NCBI GenBank assembly: GCA_029838215.1
Contig: JALGVI010000091.1
Span: 1-12,422 of the forward strand
Reading direction: 5' to 3'
DNA from: Candidatus Helarchaeota archaeon
GTDB taxonomy: Archaea; Asgardarchaeota; Lokiarchaeia; Helarchaeales; RDOG01
Length of the DNA: 12,422 nt
A model generated the notes under the pieces. The model was not told the origin of the DNA, did not search any database, and saw only the letters and a program-made list of their open reading frames with translations. Made by a program: the position numbers and the translations under genes. Below, piece after piece: positions 7,720-12,422 of this stretch. Numbering within the stretch: the stretch's first letter is position 1; each line of letters begins with the position of its first letter.

Positions 7720-8391
7720 GTGACAACTTCTAAGAAAACCCGTAATCAGGTCCAAAAACAAGTCCAAAGACAGCTCCAAGAATACATGGATCGCAAGGAA
7801 GATAAAAAGTTTAAGATAGGGGTAATGGGAACTCACGATACGGGCAAGACAACTTTCGTTTACGGGTTATTATCAGCTTTAAAATCCGCTCACAGTTTAT
7901 TTGTCGGCGTGGTTACCGAAAAGATAAGGGAATGCCCCTTTGAAAGTAATGAAATGACGAGTTTCCGTGCCCAATATTGGACTTTGAATCAACAAATCAA
8001 TGCTGAAATCGTGGAACACACCAGATATAATGTATTGGTGTGTGATCGCACGGTGATTGACAATTTTGCTTATTGCGTGAGAGCCTCTCGTCATAAGGAT
8101 GAAAAAGGACGTCCCAGAATCAATAAAGAAGAATTGACCATGCTTAAACAAAAATGTCAGCACTGGGCTAAAACTTATGATTATCTTTTTTTAACAACCA
8201 TACCAATACGCAAGAAAATGGAAAACGACGGGTTCCGCTCAACAAGCAAGCGATTTCAGATGGAAATTGATGAGATTTTGAAGGAAATCATCGAAGAGTG
8301 GAAATTGGATGAAAAAGTAACGGTTGTTTATGGAAATAATGAAAAAAGAATCGACATCGCATTAAATAAGTTAGCAGAAATCCTGTTATGA
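7720..8391 (+). CDS. P-loop NTPase of the AAA_28 / NadR-like nucleotide kinase family
   Basis: Walker A KIGVMGTHDTGKTT, LVCDRTVIDNFAY (kinase DR motif), YDYLF and lid DGFRSTSKRFQMEID. The start may be ATG 7786. Confidence 0.8.
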   Translation: MTTSKKTRNQVQKQVQRQLQEYMDRKEDKKFKIGVMGTHDTGKTTFVYGLLSALKSAHSLFVGVVTEKIRECPFESNEMTSFRAQYWTLNQQINAEIVEHTRYNVLVCDRTVIDNFAYCVRASRHKDEKGRPRINKEELTMLKQKCQHWAKTYDYLFLTTIPIRKKMENDGFRSTSKRFQMEIDEILKEIIEEWKLDEKVTVVYGNNEKRIDIALNKLAEILL

Positions 8392-8557
8392 ACCGATGCT
8401 ATTCTTAGATTCCTTTCATGGTATTCATCTAAGCAAGTTCCAAGTAATTTTTAAATACCATGAATTTTATAATCATCATCAATGCATCTTTAATTTTAAC
8501 ATGATTGATGCAAATCTGATCTTTAAAATCAGTGAACACGATCTTTCGGTGAAAAAA

Positions 8558-9316
8558 ATGTCCGATAATGATTTAGTAGTGAAAATTCGTTCGTATCCCA
8601 AGGTGATCTTTTTCTGGCCATCAGCATTATTAGCACTGATTTGGGGAATCGTTTCTTTTTTTCCGGATCATTTTCCAATGGTGCTTTACCTCTCGACACT
8701 TCCCAATTATTCAGAGATCATCTTAAATTTTAACAACTTACTCGCATGGATCTTCGTGATTACTCTTGCCTTCAATCTCTTCGTTGTTGCCTTTGATTTC
8801 CCATCTTACAAGATACTCTTGATTTTCGTTGCCATAATTGCATTAGTCTTCATCTTGATGTTCGTTCAGGTGATATTGATCGTTAACGGTATTAGTTTCT
8901 CAGTATTGACTTTGGTATTCTTCTTTCTTAATATCTATCTACCACTGCCGACAGCATTCTACTTCGTATATGCTGCCATTTTCGGTGCCATTTTTGGCAT
9001 TATTTGGTTGGGAAGACGCTGGGAATACATTGAAATCACGAGAAATTATTACATTAAACGGATGGGACTCTTTCAAGGTGGCGAAGAATCAAGCAGAATG
9101 ACAAGCGTCAACCTACAATTCAAGAAAGACATTCAAGACGTTTTTGAATATCTCCTACTTAGAAGTGGAGAACTCACCATCATTCCTGCACAAGGCAAGG
9201 ACGTTATCTTTTTACCAAATGTCTTGAACATCAATAAGGTAGAACAGAAATTAAATAGAATACTGGGCAAGATGGCTGTCGATACGGAACTGGCAGACAC
9301 CTCAGACGTTCCATGA
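8558..9316 (+). CDS. Multi-pass membrane protein (about 5 hydrophobic segments) with a C-terminal soluble bacterial-PH-like domain
   Basis: GGTGA SD 5 nt before ATG 8558, so the 54-codon extension from 8396 is probably non-coding. Hydrophobic stretches run up to ...GIIWLGRR. The beta-rich tail YIEITRNYYIKRMG...KDIQDVFEYLLLRSGELTIIP...LPNVLNI resembles the bPH_2 pattern. Confidence 0.75.
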   Translation: MSDNDLVVKIRSYPKVIFFWPSALLALIWGIVSFFPDHFPMVLYLSTLPNYSEIILNFNNLLAWIFVITLAFNLFVVAFDFPSYKILLIFVAIIALVFILMFVQVILIVNGISFSVLTLVFFFLNIYLPLPTAFYFVYAAIFGAIFGIIWLGRRWEYIEITRNYYIKRMGLFQGGEESSRMTSVNLQFKKDIQDVFEYLLLRSGELTIIPAQGKDVIFLPNVLNINKVEQKLNRILGKMAVDTELADTSDVP

Positions 9317-9336
9317 TGGGTCGTTTTTCCAAAATC

Positions 9337-9345
9337 TTTTTTTTT
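9337..9345 (+). terminator. T9 oligo-T terminator after the membrane protein gene
   Basis: Nine consecutive T about 20 nt after the stop codon, within a T-rich tract. Confidence 0.55.
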
Positions 9346-9513
9346 AATTTATTTGTTTTTAATTACTGAAGCTAATTTGTATCTAGTTCATCATCTTGAA
9401 ATTAAAATTCAATAAAAGGAGGTTTCAGGATGATCGCTTCATGATTCATTTATAACTGAAAAAGAGAAGAGATGAATGATAATTCAGAAAATAAACATCG
9501 TGAAGTTTCGGAC

Positions 9514-10566
9514 ATGAAAATCAAGGAGATCGGTGAAAAAGGAATCATTGAAATCTTTCAAACACGATTTCAGGGATTTTCATTTGACATGTCCAACGTG
9601 TTGCTGGGAATCCAAACGGCGACCGGTATCCACGAAGATTGTGCCGTGATAGACCTGAGAAATGACTTGTTTTTGGTAATTACAACCGATCTCATTGGAG
9701 CAAGAACACACAAACCACCCGGCATGAATGATTATCAGTTTGGAAAGAAGGCAATTACGGTAAACGTGAGTGATTTAGCTGCCATGGGAGCTCGTCCAAC
9801 TTGCTTGGTAATGAGCGTGGGGTTCCCCGAGGAGTTTGACTCAAGAATCGTGGAAGAAATTGCAGAAGGGATGGCAGATGCGTGTCGATCATATCAGGTT
9901 CCCGTTGTTGGTGGCGATGTAAATTCGACAGATGACATCATACTAGCTGGTACGGCGATCGGTCTGGTACCGGCCGACCAGCTCCTAACGCGTCATTCAG
10001 CACGGACAGGGGATCTGGTTGCAGTAACGGGAACGCTAGGAGATCCCGCACTGTACTTGAAGATTCTTCTGGAAAAGCACTCCATTTCGAATGAAAATCG
10101 GCAAGCACTTGCTAAAAGGCTTTTCGAACCCGAGGCTCGCATTAAAGTGGGCAAAGACCTTGCAGAAGCCAAGATTTTAACATCTTGTGCCGATATCACG
10201 GACGGTCTTGGATGGGAACTCCATAAAATTGCAGTTGCAAGCAAGATTGGCATTCTGGTCGAAGAAGAAAAGATTCCGACTTCGGATGCATTCAAGCAAA
10301 TCTGCAAGCTCCAAAGAATCCAACAACTCCCATTAATATTATACGTTGGAGAAGACTTCGAGTTATTGATGACAATTCCTCCAGAGCATCTTGAAGACGC
10401 AAAAAAGATTTGCTCGACACGCGGCATCCCATTAACCGTGATCGGTAGCGTTAAAGGTGAACCCGGGGAGGTTTTAATCAAAAAAATAGACGGGAATATC
10501 GAACCGGTCAAGAAAAAAGGATACGATCAATTCGTTGAATCAAAAGAAAATAAAAAACAAGGATGA
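9514..10566 (+). CDS. thiL: Thiamine-monophosphate kinase
   Basis: KIKEIGEKGIIE N-terminus, DCAVI, TTD, GKKAITVNVSDLAAMGARP, VVGGD, AVTGTLGD, DITDGL..ELHKIAVAS, GEDFELL and KKGYDQF. ATG 9514 is preferred to 9472 because TTTATAA at 9449-9455 would place transcription start after 9472. Confidence 0.9.
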   Translation: MKIKEIGEKGIIEIFQTRFQGFSFDMSNVLLGIQTATGIHEDCAVIDLRNDLFLVITTDLIGARTHKPPGMNDYQFGKKAITVNVSDLAAMGARPTCLVMSVGFPEEFDSRIVEEIAEGMADACRSYQVPVVGGDVNSTDDIILAGTAIGLVPADQLLTRHSARTGDLVAVTGTLGDPALYLKILLEKHSISNENRQALAKRLFEPEARIKVGKDLAEAKILTSCADITDGLGWELHKIAVASKIGILVEEEKIPTSDAFKQICKLQRIQQLPLILYVGEDFELLMTIPPEHLEDAKKICSTRGIPLTVIGSVKGEPGEVLIKKIDGNIEPVKKKGYDQFVESKENKKQG

Positions 10567-10573
10567 AATATAC

Positions 10574-11578
10574 GTGAGTTCTAGTAGTCTCCCAAAGAAG
10601 GTCGCTCGGATTCAACAATTGCACTCCGAAGCACTCTTATATCTCGAGAATGGTAGGGTTGAAAAAGCCATTTCCAGTTGGAATTCGGCTCTGAAGATCG
10701 CTAAAAAAATAGAAGATTGGAGCATGGTTACAACTTTTTTACTATTAATTGGACAAACTAATTATGCCATCGAAAAATATAAAGATTCACTTGAAATCCT
10801 CCAAGAGGCTCTCAGGATCTCCCGGTACTGGAACAAGAGGAATTCTGAATGTCGAATTTTAATCTTCCTGGGCAAGGTCTTCGATAAGCTTGATCAAACA
10901 AAGAAAGCCATAGCATTTTTTAATGATGCAAAAGAAATTGCAAAAAGCCTGAACGATAGGGAAATGGAAGCCGATATTTTTTATGGAATGGGATTGGTTT
11001 ACCGAAATCAAAAACACTTCCAGCAATCAATCGATACATTACGCCGCGCGCTAAAACTCTACCGTCGCGTGAAAAAACAACGTGATGAAGCAATGGTTTT
11101 ATTCGAACTTGCAAAATCTCAACGCATGATGGGAGATGCTCATTTATCAGAAGCCCTTCAATCATTTGAACAATCTCATAGAATTGCCAGGAAAATCAAG
11201 GATTCTCGATTAACTCTTGAAGCCGCCTTTCAAAAAGCAGACATTCTATTCCTTCTAAAACGGCACGACGCCGCATTGGAGAATTTCGACCGTTTACTAA
11301 AACAAGCACGTAAATTGGAGAGTACAAAGCATCTTGCACATGCCAACTACGGCAAGGGAAAGGTCCTCTATGAAAAGGGATTCTACAAGGAAGCTCGACC
11401 TCTCTTCGAAATGGCGTTGAAAATATTTGAAGTCATGCAAGACCAAAAAAACGAAGCATTTTGTCTAACATACCTGAGCAACGTGTTTGAAAAGTTAGAT
11501 GATCAAACAATGGCACGAAGGCTAAAAAATCAGGCTAAAAAGAAATTTAAAAATCTCGGAATTGAAATTACCGATTAA
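10574..11578 (+). CDS. Tetratricopeptide-repeat (TPR) protein
   Basis: Repeated helical units of about 40 aa with A..LG..Y...G....A....AL patterns (e.g. EADIFYGMGLVYRNQKHFQQSIDTLRRAL; LAHANYGKGKVLYEKGFYKEARPLFEMAL). Start is GTG 10574 or TTG 10535. Confidence 0.85.
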   Translation: MSSSSLPKKVARIQQLHSEALLYLENGRVEKAISSWNSALKIAKKIEDWSMVTTFLLLIGQTNYAIEKYKDSLEILQEALRISRYWNKRNSECRILIFLGKVFDKLDQTKKAIAFFNDAKEIAKSLNDREMEADIFYGMGLVYRNQKHFQQSIDTLRRALKLYRRVKKQRDEAMVLFELAKSQRMMGDAHLSEALQSFEQSHRIARKIKDSRLTLEAAFQKADILFLLKRHDAALENFDRLLKQARKLESTKHLAHANYGKGKVLYEKGFYKEARPLFEMALKIFEVMQDQKNEAFCLTYLSNVFEKLDDQTMARRLKNQAKKKFKNLGIEITD

Positions 11579-11823
11579 GTTCCGGAATTCTCCAAAATAT
11601 ACAGGGCAAAATCAGGACAAATGAGTTCGCATTCACGACAGAACGTGCAGACACCACCTTCAACTAATACGGGTGGATACTGAACTTTCGTATTCAATTC
11701 CTTTCCTTCAGTCAAGATCTTGCGAGGGCAAATCTCAATGCAAATTCCACAACCCTTGCACCGATCAAATTGAAGTGCCAGGGCTTTTTTCTTTTCCTTG
11801 TCCTCATAAAGAATTGGACACAC
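11575..11823 (-). CDS. 2x[4Fe-4S] ferredoxin, similar to the 2-oxoacid:ferredoxin oxidoreductase delta subunit (KorD/VorD type)
   Basis: CKGCGICIEICP and CTFCRECELICPDFAL motifs. GTG start 5 nt after a GGTGAT SD. Confidence 0.92.
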   Translation of the reverse strand: MCPILYEDKEKKKALALQFDRCKGCGICIEICPRKILTEGKELNTKVQYPPVLVEGGVCTFCRECELICPDFALYILENSGT

Positions 11824-11883
11824 GATACATCACCACGAAATTCATCAAGTAAATTGATTCCAACTTCCCATGACCTTAAAAAA

Positions 11884-11891
11884 TATATAAA
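11884..11891 (-). promoter_or_regulatory. TATA box (TTTATATA on the minus strand) for the ferredoxin gene
   Basis: Canonical TATA about 60 nt upstream of the GTG, leaving room for a leader that contains the SD. Confidence 0.5.
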
Positions 11892-12000
11892 TCTAACTTT
11901 GTTTTCTGAAAATCATGGGTATGCTCGACAAGTGAAACGAACTCAAAAACAACAAATATAATAGGTTCATGTTGAAGGTTTTATAATAGGCGATCCAACC

Positions 12001-12264
12001 ATGACAAGTGAATTGTTCAAGCAACGAAAAAATAAGTTTCTACGCGAGATGCATCATCTTCAACGTTTGGAAGAGAAGGGGTTTCATAACTTGGAAATTG
12101 CAGATCGCCTCATTCACGGTTTGATCGATCTCATGCAACAGGGGGTCCGAAATCAACACCCTGGAGCCTCAGAAAAGCAGATAAACCAGATTCTAAAGGA
12201 AGAAATAAAAGCCACTCTCGAATTAAAAAAAAAGTGGAGAAAAAAGAAAGGTGTCCGAATTTGA
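12001..12264 (+). CDS. Small basic helical protein, putative partner/antitoxin of the downstream nucleotidyltransferase
   Basis: 87 aa with ATG start. The GVRNQHPGASEKQI motif resembles small proteins I recall preceding DUF6036-like nucleotidyltransferases (GIR..HP.ASE.EI). Overlaps the next gene by 14 nt. Confidence 0.7.
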   Translation: MTSELFKQRKNKFLREMHHLQRLEEKGFHNLEIADRLIHGLIDLMQQGVRNQHPGASEKQINQILKEEIKATLELKKKWRKKKGVRI

Positions 12265-12422
12265 ATCAATAATCTCACGGATGGTTGAAGTCTTTAGGTC
12301 CTGTAACTTGGAGCACGTAATAGTTGGTGGTGTTGCCGCAATTATCAGAGGAAAAACACGTACGACATTAGATATAGATGTAATAATTGAAGACGATTCT
12401 TCTAAAATTGAACAGATGTTAC
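12251..12422 (+). CDS. Pol-beta superfamily nucleotidyltransferase (DUF6036/AbiEii-like), N-terminal part; 3'-truncated and absent from the supplied ORF track
   Basis: Manual translation from GTG 12251: MSEFESIISRMVEVFRSCNLEHVIVGGVAAIIRGKTRTTLDIDVIIEDDSSKIEQML, with no stop. It contains the hGG..A....G..R.T.DhD NTase signature. Confidence 0.85.
   Translation, partial: MSEFESIISRMVEVFRSCNLEHVIVGGVAAIIRGKTRTTLDIDVIIEDDSSKIEQML

Noticed and set aside
9430-9471. Selenocysteine or stop read-through joining the mini-ORF to thiL via two in-frame TGA codons
   Set aside because: The intervening peptide has no ThiL-like or Cys-equivalent context and no SECIS-like element was seen; a shared frame has a 1-in-3 chance.
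9317-9513. TPP riboswitch upstream of thiL
   Set aside because: The conserved CUGAGA and CCUGAU elements are absent.
4628-11165. Minus-strand ORFs inside plus-strand genes (4628-4900, 5896-6099, 6756-6953, 7132-7353, 7287-7574, 7621-7836, 7897-8163, 9993-10511, 10920-11165) and alternate-frame 7160-7348
   Set aside because: Shadows of well-supported genes with no motifs or SD support.
11770-11961. 63-aa plus-strand ORF
   Set aside because: Overlaps the ferredoxin gene antisense and spans its promoter; low-complexity translation.
1-12422. CRISPR arrays, tRNA/rRNA genes, transposases and integrases
   Set aside because: No regularly spaced repeats, GC-rich cloverleaf or rRNA-like tracts, terminal inverted repeats or recombinase motifs were seen by eye; tRNAscan-SE and Infernal would be needed to exclude small RNAs.

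Overview
AT-rich, gene-dense archaeal chromosomal segment. The archaeal call rests on GGTGA/GAGGTG Shine-Dalgarno motifs, TTTATATA/TTATAA TATA boxes, oligo-T terminators and an SCP2-type thiolase plus DUF35 pair. An Asgard (Loki/Hel-like) origin is an inference from the HEAT, TPR and long coiled-coil content and needs a database check. Left to right: the 3' end of an acyl-CoA synthetase; a YyaL/SSP411(SPATA20)-family gene broken by a frameshift, with a second apparent in-frame deletion; a minus-strand cluster of CPYC thioredoxin, a 308-aa near-uninterrupted coiled coil and a CxxC..CxxC zinc-binding protein; thiolase plus DUF35; a HEAT-repeat protein with a lysine-rich tail; an AAA_28/NadR-like P-loop kinase; a multi-pass membrane protein with a PH-like C-terminal domain; thiL; a TPR protein; an orphan 2x[4Fe-4S] ferredoxin; and a small basic protein overlapping a nucleotidyltransferase gene that is missing from the ORF track and runs off the right edge. 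No rRNA, tRNA, CRISPR array or transposase was seen. The best candidates for undescribed biology are the Zn-finger/coiled-coil/thioredoxin cluster, the small-protein/nucleotidyltransferase pair and the membrane PH-like protein. All family assignments come from motif recognition, not from searches.
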